From positions 1 through 64,000 of IMG/VR virus record IMGVR_UViG_3300035698_026135: a stretch of 64,000 bases of DNA. One strand, written 5' to 3'. The notes beneath the pieces were generated by a model, which saw nothing but the letters and a program-made list of their open reading frames with translations, made no database searches and was not told where the DNA came from. The position numbers were made by a program, and so were the translations under genes. This DNA is from a virus. Positions 9,793 through 18,516 of the stretch are shown one piece after another. Within the stretch, counting starts at the first letter, position 1. The number at the start of each line of letters is the position of its first letter.

Positions 9793-10216
9793 AAAAAAAT
9801 GTCTGACATGCAATGAACACAAGTGTTTGTTGGAGTTTCATAAAAGTATCGCCCGCCCAGATGGCCACGTAAGCACCTGTAAAGATTGTAAGAAAATATC
9901 AAGAAAGAAAAGATGGGAGAAAGATAGGCTAGACCCAAAAAAGATGTTTGAAAAGTATAAGCGCGACGCCAAACGACGCGAATTGGACTTCGGATTAAGC
10001 TATGAAGACTTTTTATCGTTCTGGGCGCAACCGTGCTTATACTGCAATCAAGAAATAAGAGGCGTAGGGATAGATCGAGTCGATAATGATAAGGGATATT
10101 TCTTAAAAAACTGTGTCCCGTGTTGTTCTTTTTGCAATCAACTCAAGGGCATACACGAAAAAGAAGTATTTCTCAAACAATGCAGAAGGATAAACGAAAA
10201 TGCAAACACCAAATAA
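9752..10216 (+). CDS. HNH-type endonuclease (start uncertain)
   Basis: N-terminal CxxC..FHK..DG...CKDC; PCLYC..GIDRVDNDKGY..NCVPCC..CN..K. Confidence 0.8.
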   Translation: MRKAAAFTSLQEGRKKCLTCNEHKCLLEFHKSIARPDGHVSTCKDCKKISRKKRWEKDRLDPKKMFEKYKRDAKRRELDFGLSYEDFLSFWAQPCLYCNQEIRGVGIDRVDNDKGYFLKNCVPCCSFCNQLKGIHEKEVFLKQCRRINENANTK

Positions 10217-11228
10217 AAAAGACCTTAAAATCTGCCTAATCAACGCATCAAATCCAAACAGCATCCAGGGTAACGACTCCTATACCGACTTCCGACAATA
10301 TTCTTCTTGGCAAGATGCTAAATGGAGGAGTTGGCACTCGATTCCTTGCTCGTTAAAATCGGAATTTTTCGCATATCATGGCGAAAATTTTCATCGAGCC
10401 TACCAATATGATGCTGTTATTGTCCTGGTAAATCACGAGCCAGAAAAGATGATTCCCCTGATTAAAAAATTGAAGCTAATGGGCAAAAAAGTGGCCGTTG
10501 GATATCATGAAGGTGCCGGAGACTTCACTCTAAAGGCGAGCCAAAACTTCGAGTGGATGAACAGCTTCGCCAGAACGTGTAACGAAGCCGACTTTTACCT
10601 AAATATCATCCCTTCGGCTCGAGATTTCTATAGAGGAATCCTATCTGTTCCCGTTATGAACATTGTTCATGGAGCGCCATATGCAGAGTGGAATCACAAG
10701 CTGGAAAAGTCTCCCAAAGACAGGTCTGGCATCCTTATGGCAACAAGGACCTTCGATCAAAGAATCAGAAGAAACACGCTCTCTTGTCTTGGGATGTTGA
10801 ATGCTCTATGCAAGAAGGAGCCGTGGCGAAAAATAACAGTTGTTGGGGAGACGTTTGATAATATTCCGTTTCAGATGCACAATATGAATTTTGTGAAAGC
10901 TCCGCTTCCATACTTGGATTGGCTTGCGCTGATTTCGAAGCACGAACTCGTCGTTCACTATGACAACGCCGAGACTTTGGGCCAGGTAGCAGTAGATGCA
11001 GCACTTGTTGGAGTTGACTGTGTTGGTGGAAATTCTTATAATAATATTATGAGCGACACACAGACCTATATGTATAATTTTCTTGATAGAGTGAAAGAAT
11101 CGCTTGAACCTCCGAGGAGTTATGCCAAACTAAAAGATATGACGACCATGTCGAGAGTAGCAGAGTACGCCAGGGGCTGTTTTGTGGGCTATAAGCTTGA
11201 AGTTGGAGAGAGCGGTTATTATGAGTAG
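10200..11228 (+). CDS. Divergent GT-B glycosyltransferase-like protein, paralog of 6808-7845
   Basis: Shared motifs with 6808-7845; ETLGQVAVDAALVGVDCVG. Confidence 0.6.
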   Translation: MQTPNKKDLKICLINASNPNSIQGNDSYTDFRQYSSWQDAKWRSWHSIPCSLKSEFFAYHGENFHRAYQYDAVIVLVNHEPEKMIPLIKKLKLMGKKVAVGYHEGAGDFTLKASQNFEWMNSFARTCNEADFYLNIIPSARDFYRGILSVPVMNIVHGAPYAEWNHKLEKSPKDRSGILMATRTFDQRIRRNTLSCLGMLNALCKKEPWRKITVVGETFDNIPFQMHNMNFVKAPLPYLDWLALISKHELVVHYDNAETLGQVAVDAALVGVDCVGGNSYNNIMSDTQTYMYNFLDRVKESLEPPRSYAKLKDMTTMSRVAEYARGCFVGYKLEVGESGYYE

Positions 11229-11583
11229 AAAGTATAATTTTAATATAAGATATTTTCAAGATATAGACTCCTATTATAGATTATATTATTCCGGAAATAA
11301 TAGTTGTTATAAGTTTCTTCATTGGCTTTACGATGACTCGGAATTTTTCCTAAAGAGAAAAAAAGATAAATTTATAAAAAATGAAAAATGGATAAATAAA
11401 AACGCTAGAAGAACTCCACATAGGCGCCCCGTGTGGCAAGTTGGCAAAGAGGGTAAACTCACCACCCTATTTGAGTCAGCGGTTCACATAGAGAGAGCCC
11501 TTGGGATAAAGTATCAAAACATAAGAGCTTGCTGTAATGGGTCACAAAAAACTGCGGGTGGATTTATGTGGGCTTGGGCATGA
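11221..11583 (+). pseudogene. Internally deleted LAGLIDADG-type homing endonuclease with C-terminal NUMOD1
   Basis: MSRKYNFNIRYFQDID (typical N-terminus) is joined directly to YRLYYSG..KFLHWLYDDSEFFLKRKKDKF (typical C-terminus), then NUMOD1 PVWQ..G.L...FES....RALGI...NIRACCNG.QKTAGGFMW. Confidence 0.6.
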
Positions 11584-13118
11584 AAAAAATATGTTTAATA
11601 GTTGCCAGGTCAATTTTCCTATTGGATGAGCGAGTTTTTCCCTTTCTTGGAATTCTTCGTTGTGCCGCCTCCTGGGAGAGAGATGGCGCCAAAGTAGACG
11701 TGATTGATCTATCTGGAGTTGAAAATTATTTAGAGGTCTTAGAAGAATATTTTGACCAAAATAAAGATATTGAGTTTGCGGGCGTTACAGCAACCACTCC
11801 ACAAATGAAAAATGCTTACGAAATAGGAAAATTGATAAAAGAAAAATATGGCCACAAGACAGTCATAGGAGGGAGCCATGCAACATTGATGCATACATCA
11901 ATGAAGCAAGAAATAAAGAGGGGCGACTTAGAGGGAAGGGCCAAAAAAGATATTGATTATATTAAAAAGTATTTTGATGTAATTGTCTGCGGCGACGGAG
12001 AACTTGTTCTTGAGGCCATAAGAGAAATAGATAACGGAGTTATTGATGTGGACGACAGATTCTCTCCTTATTTTATGTCTAAGGAGACGTTTTCAGAGTT
12101 ACCAAATCCCGCAAGACACCTGATAGACATGGACAGCTATAAATATACAATTGATGGAGTTTCTGCAACAAGTATGATCTCGCAACTCGGTTGTCCCTAT
12201 CAATGCACGTTTTGCTCGGGGAGAAACTCTCCATACCTTCGAATGGTAAGACAAAGAAGCGTTGGGTCCGTTATTGAAGAGATAGAACTTTTGCACAAGA
12301 CGTATGGATATAAAGCGTTCAACTTCTTTGATGATGAATTGAATTTAACAAAATCTTTTGTTCCGTTAATGAACGGCCTGTCAGACCTACAAGCCAAGCT
12401 TGGGGTAGATTTTAAATTTCGAGGATTTACAAAATCAGAACTTTTCACAAAAGAGCAGGCGAAAGCAATGAAGGCTGCCGGTTTTAGCATTCTTCTTACC
12501 GGATTTGAGTCCGGGGATGATAGAATATTAAAAAACATAAGAAAGCGCGCAACAAGAGATGATAATACTAGGTGTGTAGAAAACGCAAAAGAAGCCGGAC
12601 TTAAAGTTAAGGCACTCATGTCTTGCGGTCACGCTGGCGAAACACCAGAAACAATTGAAAATACTAAAAAGTGGCTTCTTGAGGTAGAGCCCGAAGATTT
12701 CGACTTGACGGTAATTTCAGTTTTTCCTGGATCTCCGTACTTTGATTCGGCCCTCTATAGCAAGGAGGATGATTGTTATATTTACACGCAGCCAGACACT
12801 GGTGACAAATTATATCAAAAAATTGTTGACTATACACAGGAGGCAAATTTTTACAAAGGCATTCCTGGAGAATATGTTTCTTATGTGTGGACCGATTTTA
12901 TGACAGCGGAAGAAATAGTAAAAACTAGAGACGCCCTCGAGTCCGACGTAAGGGCAAAATTAAACATTCCATTTAATCCTTCTGGGGCCACGAGGTCCAT
13001 AGAGCACTCTATGGGATCTAGCAGAAACCTTCCAGACTGGATTCTTCGCTCTAGCGGCGACTATTCCGCTCCCAAGCGAGAGAAGAAAGAAGAGAAGAGG
13101 AGACTTGGCATACTTTAA
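11580..13118 (+). CDS. Cobalamin(B12)-binding radical SAM protein (class B methyltransferase-like); start at ATG 11580
   Basis: PFLGILR and GGSHAT B12-binding region; GCPYQCTFC (CxxxCxxC); FFDDEL; GFESG. Confidence 0.9.
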   Translation: MKKICLIVARSIFLLDERVFPFLGILRCAASWERDGAKVDVIDLSGVENYLEVLEEYFDQNKDIEFAGVTATTPQMKNAYEIGKLIKEKYGHKTVIGGSHATLMHTSMKQEIKRGDLEGRAKKDIDYIKKYFDVIVCGDGELVLEAIREIDNGVIDVDDRFSPYFMSKETFSELPNPARHLIDMDSYKYTIDGVSATSMISQLGCPYQCTFCSGRNSPYLRMVRQRSVGSVIEEIELLHKTYGYKAFNFFDDELNLTKSFVPLMNGLSDLQAKLGVDFKFRGFTKSELFTKEQAKAMKAAGFSILLTGFESGDDRILKNIRKRATRDDNTRCVENAKEAGLKVKALMSCGHAGETPETIENTKKWLLEVEPEDFDLTVISVFPGSPYFDSALYSKEDDCYIYTQPDTGDKLYQKIVDYTQEANFYKGIPGEYVSYVWTDFMTAEEIVKTRDALESDVRAKLNIPFNPSGATRSIEHSMGSSRNLPDWILRSSGDYSAPKREKKEEKRRLGIL

Positions 13119-13501
13119 TGAACATCATAGACTCACTCGACAGAATAAAACAATTGTGTAGCCCAAAACACACAATCATATTGGATTATTACCCAATAAG
13201 ACCAATCCTAAATTTAAACGGAGGCTCAAATTCATCCCTCCAAAGCATTTCTCCCAACAACAGAGTGAAAGCCAGAGACTATAGCTTATCGGCCCTGAGA
13301 GAAATAGAAAACACATCTGTAGCCACAACCCACAGAGACTCTTTGCTGTGTGATGATGACGGATTTGTTATCTCTCCATCGATGTGCGACAGTTATTCGC
13401 ACTATCAACACAGCCATAAAATAGGCGACATCATTTTGGCCGATCATTTGATCGGCAAGATAAAAGACGCCCTAAATAAAAAGAATTTGCGCTGGAAATA
13501 A
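13118..13501 (+). CDS. Hypothetical protein
   Basis: 127-aa ORF with a TAATG overlap; no motif. Confidence 0.5.
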   Translation: MNIIDSLDRIKQLCSPKHTIILDYYPIRPILNLNGGSNSSLQSISPNNRVKARDYSLSALREIENTSVATTHRDSLLCDDDGFVISPSMCDSYSHYQHSHKIGDIILADHLIGKIKDALNKKNLRWK

Positions 13502-13503
13502 TA

Positions 13504-14166
13504 ATGTCAGTTGAAAAAATAGTTAAATATATCGAATCGTTCGATCAAGGCAAGATCGACAACAAGTACAGGGAGTATTTGGACACTATCAAGGTTATGA
13601 CGGGCGCCGGAATAGTGCAACTACTGAACAATTCTTGTTTTTTGATGGATGAAGGCAATTGCTATTTAGAGGTTGGCTGCCATATGGGAAGCACGCTTCT
13701 AGGAGCTGCTCTCGACAACGATAAACATCTATTTGTCGGCGTGGACAACTTTCAAGATGAGCCGAAAACAAAAATTTACAAGACGTCAGAAGAGGGACTG
13801 AAGGACGTAATTCAAAAAAGAACAAGGGGAAACGTTAAATATTACAACACAACCTATCAGAAATTCTTTTACGGAAAAGATCAAGTCGACAACAGAAAAG
13901 TAGAGATCTATATGTACGACGCCGATCATAGCTGCCACCACCAATACGAAGGGTTAAAAAAAGTAATTCCCTCACTGGCAGATGATGCTATAATCTTTAT
14001 TGATGACTCCAACGAGCAAGATGCACGACATGTTTGGTGGGGTATAAAGAAACTAATGAAAGAGCATCCAGACAACATCTCTATTGTCAGAGAATTTAAG
14101 AACGAAAAACAGAATGACATTGACGGAATGTGGAACGGAACTATTGCTTTGAGATATAAAAAATAA
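13504..14166 (+). CDS. Class I SAM-dependent O-methyltransferase (Methyltransf_24-like)
   Basis: YLEVGCHMGST, GVDNF, YDADHS, IIFIDD. Confidence 0.8.
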   Translation: MSVEKIVKYIESFDQGKIDNKYREYLDTIKVMTGAGIVQLLNNSCFLMDEGNCYLEVGCHMGSTLLGAALDNDKHLFVGVDNFQDEPKTKIYKTSEEGLKDVIQKRTRGNVKYYNTTYQKFFYGKDQVDNRKVEIYMYDADHSCHHQYEGLKKVIPSLADDAIIFIDDSNEQDARHVWWGIKKLMKEHPDNISIVREFKNEKQNDIDGMWNGTIALRYKK

Positions 14167-14840
14167 TGACAACGCTCGCACAAATAAAGCGCGATTATTG
14201 CGTATATGTCTTGATTGATCCCAGGCCTAACAAGAACAAGGTTTTTTACGTGGGGAAAAGTAGTTTAGATAGACTACAAAAAAGAAAGTGTGAACACAGA
14301 CATTTCAGAAAGGACGAATCCTCACACAAAAAGAACGTAATAAAAAATATCTTAAAAGAAGGTTGCGAATTTAAGATGAAGGTCGTAAAGTCTGGTCTCA
14401 CGGAACAACAGTCTTTTTATTATAAAGAATTTTTAATCAAATCTTTAAAATATCTTTGCGGCTTCAAGTTGACCAATGGAAATACCAGTGGAAACGGCGG
14501 CACTTCTGGGAGAGTGTGCAAACAGGAACAAAGACAAAATTTGAGCATGAAGAGATTCGGAAAGGGCAATCCTATGTACGGAGCAACACCCTGGAATAAA
14601 GGAAGGGGCCTTACGGACGAACATATACAAAAAATACGCATCGCGAGAAAAAATCAAAAATCTTGGAAAAAAGTTCCCATAATTGCAATAAATAAGGAGA
14701 ATGGTGCTTGCAGTGTTTTTAGGTCTATTTCATCCGCTTCTAAAATTTTAAAAATCAACAAAGGAAAAATTAGAAAACTTCTAGATAAAAATCTAGGAGA
14801 TCTATCGGTTTATTTCTATAGGTGTAACAATGGATCTTAA
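14166..14840 (+). CDS. GIY-YIG homing endonuclease with NUMOD3/NUMOD1-like tail (possibly inactive)
   Basis: YCVYVLIDPR..VFYVGK, LTN..SGNGG, GKGNPMYG.TPWNKG; the Glu position appears to be Lys (YYKEFLI). Confidence 0.8.
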   Translation: MTTLAQIKRDYCVYVLIDPRPNKNKVFYVGKSSLDRLQKRKCEHRHFRKDESSHKKNVIKNILKEGCEFKMKVVKSGLTEQQSFYYKEFLIKSLKYLCGFKLTNGNTSGNGGTSGRVCKQEQRQNLSMKRFGKGNPMYGATPWNKGRGLTDEHIQKIRIARKNQKSWKKVPIIAINKENGACSVFRSISSASKILKINKGKIRKLLDKNLGDLSVYFYRCNNGS

Positions 14841-15741
14841 TCTTTCGACGCTGACAATGAATGCCTCTGGCCTTTTGATGAATTATTTGGATCATTATTC
14901 GTATTTATTTGATAATATTTTTGTTTGTGACGGCAATTTGACAAAAGAGGCAAGAAAATTCTACTCTAGACGAAGGGAGAACGTCCATGTAATCGATATG
15001 CCCTGGGACGATAATTATGTAGATCGTTACAAAAAAACAGCAGAGCTATCAAACGATGGAGATTGGATTCTCCATTTAGACGATGATGAATTAATATCAA
15101 GCGAGCTGGTTGATTTTTTGCAGTCTAGAAATTTTAATCCTGACCTTAATATGTATTGGCTTCCTTGTATACTACACATAACAGAAGCCGGCGAAAGATA
15201 TTATCCGGCTGAAAAACAGCCCAAAAAAGGATTTGAAGGCCAGTGGACAAAAAAAATTCTTTATAAAAAGACTTCATCTCTAAGATTCGCACACGGGGGG
15301 TCACATGTAGTGCCCAACAACTCACCACACGAATATCTGCCGCTCCCTTATTATCATATGAAATCCCTTGAGAGCTTTGTTTATAACGATGTATGGCAAG
15401 CATTCCTTCACCCCGAAGGGCAAGGGTACAACGCAGTAGAATCAGCCCAGTTTAAACTTTTCGTCAAACAATATAAGACCACCGACGACTTCAAGTTAGC
15501 AACCAAAAATGGCTCTTGGCCCGTCACGTTGCAAAAATTTGCCAAGACACACGCTAAAGAATTCGATCGGCCGATTAGCCGTCTTGCATGGGTCTATTGG
15601 ATACTCGAAGGACATAGAGATTTGTCCCCATTAGACATTAATCTAACTTGGGACGAAGTGAAAAATTACGTTCTCGGCAAAAAAAATATGGAGATAATAG
15701 ATGAAGCTAAAGGCTTGGAAAAATTCATTAAAATCGTGTAA
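14830..15741 (+). CDS. Glycosyltransferase, GT2/GT-A-like
   Basis: IFVCDG and DWILHLDDDE (DxD) motifs. Confidence 0.7.
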   Translation: MDLNLSTLTMNASGLLMNYLDHYSYLFDNIFVCDGNLTKEARKFYSRRRENVHVIDMPWDDNYVDRYKKTAELSNDGDWILHLDDDELISSELVDFLQSRNFNPDLNMYWLPCILHITEAGERYYPAEKQPKKGFEGQWTKKILYKKTSSLRFAHGGSHVVPNNSPHEYLPLPYYHMKSLESFVYNDVWQAFLHPEGQGYNAVESAQFKLFVKQYKTTDDFKLATKNGSWPVTLQKFAKTHAKEFDRPISRLAWVYWILEGHRDLSPLDINLTWDEVKNYVLGKKNMEIIDEAKGLEKFIKIV

Positions 15742-16021
15742 ATTTCTAGCATTGTTGATTGTTTTTGAAAACTTTCTTGATTGCGTTTTTACATATATCG
15801 GCTTAAATTACGCCGGAGGCAAAGAATTAAATCCTCTTATGGACTATTTGATAAATCATAGTTGGGCAACCTTTTTCGTCGTAAAAATGTCTCTGGTCAC
15901 CGGCTGCACTTATATTTTATATTTTTTCAAACAGAGAAAATTTCTATTTCTCCTCTCTTGCTTTTATGGTGTTTTGGTATTATACTATATTGGCGCGTTT
16001 ATTAAGATTTTTCTATTATGA
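15701..16021 (+). CDS. Small membrane protein, DUF5658-like
   Basis: LDxxFT..GL...ELNPLM...F...K pattern; three hydrophobic helices. Confidence 0.6.
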   Translation: MKLKAWKNSLKSCKFLALLIVFENFLDCVFTYIGLNYAGGKELNPLMDYLINHSWATFFVVKMSLVTGCTYILYFFKQRKFLFLLSCFYGVLVLYYIGAFIKIFLL

Positions 16022-16197
16022 TGTACGAATATGAGTGTGAAGAGTGCGGAAAACTCTTCGATATAGAACAGAGAATTGTAGAAGACCCGCTCGAAGAATG
16101 TCCTAGTGCGGAATGCAAAGGAAAGCTGAATAGATTAATTTCAAAGACTTCCTTTATACTAAAAGGGAAGAATTGGTTTAATAAAGATGGATATTAA
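16018..16197 (+). CDS. FmdB-family zinc-ribbon protein, 59 aa (not in ORF track)
   Basis: MMYEYECEECG..F...Q.I.EDPL..CP..C.G.L.RLIS...F.LKG..W...GY. Confidence 0.85.
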   Translation: MMYEYECEECGKLFDIEQRIVEDPLEECPSAECKGKLNRLISKTSFILKGKNWFNKDGY

Positions 16198-17086
16198 GAA
16201 AATTTGTTGCTTAGGCGGAGGGTTTATCGGATCAACTCTCTATAAAACGTTCTCACAGCTTCATAAATATGATGTTTGCTTGCACGATATCAACCAAGAG
16301 GGCTGTAGAGCCAACAAGGAGCTTGAGAATGTAAATTTCGTAGACCTTGAGGCTGCTGCTTCTTGTGATTTTGTATTTATTGCATTGCCGACCCCCATGG
16401 ATCTCGACACAGGTGAGTGTCATACCAGATTTGTCGAGTCTGCCGTCGCAAACGTGCGTGCACACAACAAAGACAACATAATCATCATTAAATCTACGGT
16501 CCCGCCAGGAACAACGGAAAAATTAAACTTCTCTTACGGAAAAATCATCTTTAATCCTGAGTTTCTTACAGAAAAAACGCCATACAAAGATTTTATTAGC
16601 CTTCCGTACCAAATTCTTGGCGCGCCCACGGCCGAGGAAGCGGTTTGTGCTGATGCTGTCTCCGACATATTTCACGAAGCAAGATTTAAAGACGTGATAA
16701 AGTGCGACAAAGTGTTTGTAACGAGTTCAAGAATGGCCGAGATGACAAAATACGTTCGCAACGCGTATCTCGCAGTTCGATTGTCTTATTTCAACGAGAT
16801 TAAACAAATTTCCGATGAGTTGGGATTGGAATACGACAGTTTAAAATTCTACGCAGGCATGGACAAAAGAATTGGGAACCACTACAACAAGATTGATAAC
16901 GACGAACCAGAGTGGTCCGGATCGTGTCTCCCAAAAGATGTCAATTCTTTAATTTCTATAGCAAAATCTTTAGAGATTGATCCAAAAGTTTTATCTGCCG
17001 CTTGGGATAAGAATGTAGAAATAGCAAAAAAGAAAACCTGGAAAACAATGCCCGGTAGAGCCGTAATCAAAATTGACAAACCCTAA
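16187..17086 (+). CDS. UDP-glucose/GDP-mannose dehydrogenase family protein lacking the C-terminal domain
   Basis: GGGFIG Rossmann motif, FIALPTP, IIKSTVPPGT, NPEFL, GSCLPKD (catalytic Cys). Confidence 0.85.
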   Translation: MDIKKICCLGGGFIGSTLYKTFSQLHKYDVCLHDINQEGCRANKELENVNFVDLEAAASCDFVFIALPTPMDLDTGECHTRFVESAVANVRAHNKDNIIIIKSTVPPGTTEKLNFSYGKIIFNPEFLTEKTPYKDFISLPYQILGAPTAEEAVCADAVSDIFHEARFKDVIKCDKVFVTSSRMAEMTKYVRNAYLAVRLSYFNEIKQISDELGLEYDSLKFYAGMDKRIGNHYNKIDNDEPEWSGSCLPKDVNSLISIAKSLEIDPKVLSAAWDKNVEIAKKKTWKTMPGRAVIKIDKP

Positions 17087-17101
17087 CCGAGAGACTATAG
17101 T
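17073..17101 (+). promoter_or_regulatory. Near-consensus sigma70 promoter; likely leaderless transcript of the HldC-like gene
   Basis: TTGACA(17073-78)-N17-TATAGT(17096-17101); ATG at 17108 with no SD. Confidence 0.7.
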
Positions 17102-17107
17102 TTAAAC

Positions 17108-17647
17108 ATGGTACATATCTTAACGGGCGCCAAGATTTCTGCGCCGTCGAAAAAAGAGCTTCTATATGATCCGAAGGTGCGAGACGCTTTCACGTTAGGT
17201 AATTCAATTAGAGTCCTAAGGACGACTCGCCCCCGGCTCAAGGTTGGATTTACAAATGGTACGTTTAAAATTCTAACCCCAGCCCACTGCGTGTTTTTGA
17301 CGTTATGTAGAACTAAGTGCGACGTTCTTGTTGTTGGAATGAATAGCGATTATTCTCTTCGATTACTTAAGAGAGAGTCTCCTTTCACCACACAGGAGAG
17401 AGCGTTCTCTCTAGCTACGCTTCATCCGGTTGATTATGTAACAACTTTTGATCAAGAGACTCCTGAGCTTTGTATTTCGAAACTAGATGTTGATGTCGTC
17501 TTTAAGGGGCCCGACTATAAGAAGGAGGATGTTGTTTGTATGGGCAAAGAAGTAGAAATCATAGAGCACCCTTTCAATATTCACACGAGTGAGATTCTGA
17601 GGTCCAAGAAGGATTCAGAAAACAAATACTTCAACGTCTGCGAATGA
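17108..17647 (+). CDS. Heptose-1-phosphate nucleotidyltransferase-like protein (RfaE domain II/HldC-like), divergent
   Basis: VGFTNGTFKILTPAH, LVVGMNSD.S...LK..SP....ER, VDYVTTFDQETP, KGPDY. Confidence 0.8.
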   Translation: MVHILTGAKISAPSKKELLYDPKVRDAFTLGNSIRVLRTTRPRLKVGFTNGTFKILTPAHCVFLTLCRTKCDVLVVGMNSDYSLRLLKRESPFTTQERAFSLATLHPVDYVTTFDQETPELCISKLDVDVVFKGPDYKKEDVVCMGKEVEIIEHPFNIHTSEILRSKKDSENKYFNVCE

Positions 17648-18516
17648 ATACCGACGAAAGAATACTTGTTGTCGGAGACAGCATCTTAGATATCTATAGC
17701 TACGGAAGCGTCGATCGCGTGTCTCCAGAGGCTCCCTGCTTCGTTTTAGACCACAGTCATGAAGAACGCACCCTCGGTGGTGCATGCAACACAGCGGCCA
17801 ACATCAGGTCTCTGAGCGGTATGTGCGATTTAAAGATAGATTATTTCGGATATAATTCCCTCGCCCTAGAAAAAATGTTTAGTGAATACAATATTAATTG
17901 TATCGGAATTCCTATCGAGGAAGACAAAATCCTAACAAAGAGACGGTTCGTTTGCAAGAATCAACAGCTTCTCAGGGTCGACAATAGAAAAAGATATGAT
18001 GACAAAGCTATTTCTGCTGCCTCTTCGATGAAGTTTTCGAATATAGATTTTAAAAAATATAATCTCATCGTAGTTTCCGATTATGACAAAGGAACAATTG
18101 GAGTTGAAGAGTTTGAAACGCTGGCAACATCCGGTGTTCCAATAATTGTGGACCTAAAAAGAGTTAGAAAGAGCATGCCAAATTTCAAAGGCCTCTCTTG
18201 CATCTTTAAGTGTAACGAAAAAGAATATGATGAGAACCCTTTCATATCCTTGCTCTCTGACGAGGTTGTTGTTACGCTAGGGAGTAGTGGATATTCTCTT
18301 ATAAACACGAGAGAGGCCTTCCCAGCCACCGTCCAAGGAGGAAGGGTTGTTGATGTTATTGGCGCTGGAGATTCGTATCTTGCAGGAATGTGTGTAAATT
18401 TTATGGAAACCCGCGAGTTTGATGTACATAAGATGACAGCCTTTGGAAACAAGGCCGCAGGAGAGAAGGTAAAGCATTTCGGGACTCTCGCGGTAAAAAG
18501 GAGTATGATTGAGTGA
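17644..18516 (+). CDS. Heptose-7-phosphate kinase-like protein (RfaE domain I/HldA-like, PfkB family)
   Basis: VVGDSILDIY.YG.VDRVSPEAP, LGGACNTAANI, QQLLRVD, VSDYDKG, VDVIGAGD. Confidence 0.85.
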   Translation: MNTDERILVVGDSILDIYSYGSVDRVSPEAPCFVLDHSHEERTLGGACNTAANIRSLSGMCDLKIDYFGYNSLALEKMFSEYNINCIGIPIEEDKILTKRRFVCKNQQLLRVDNRKRYDDKAISAASSMKFSNIDFKKYNLIVVSDYDKGTIGVEEFETLATSGVPIIVDLKRVRKSMPNFKGLSCIFKCNEKEYDENPFISLLSDEVVVTLGSSGYSLINTREAFPATVQGGRVVDVIGAGDSYLAGMCVNFMETREFDVHKMTAFGNKAAGEKVKHFGTLAVKRSMIE

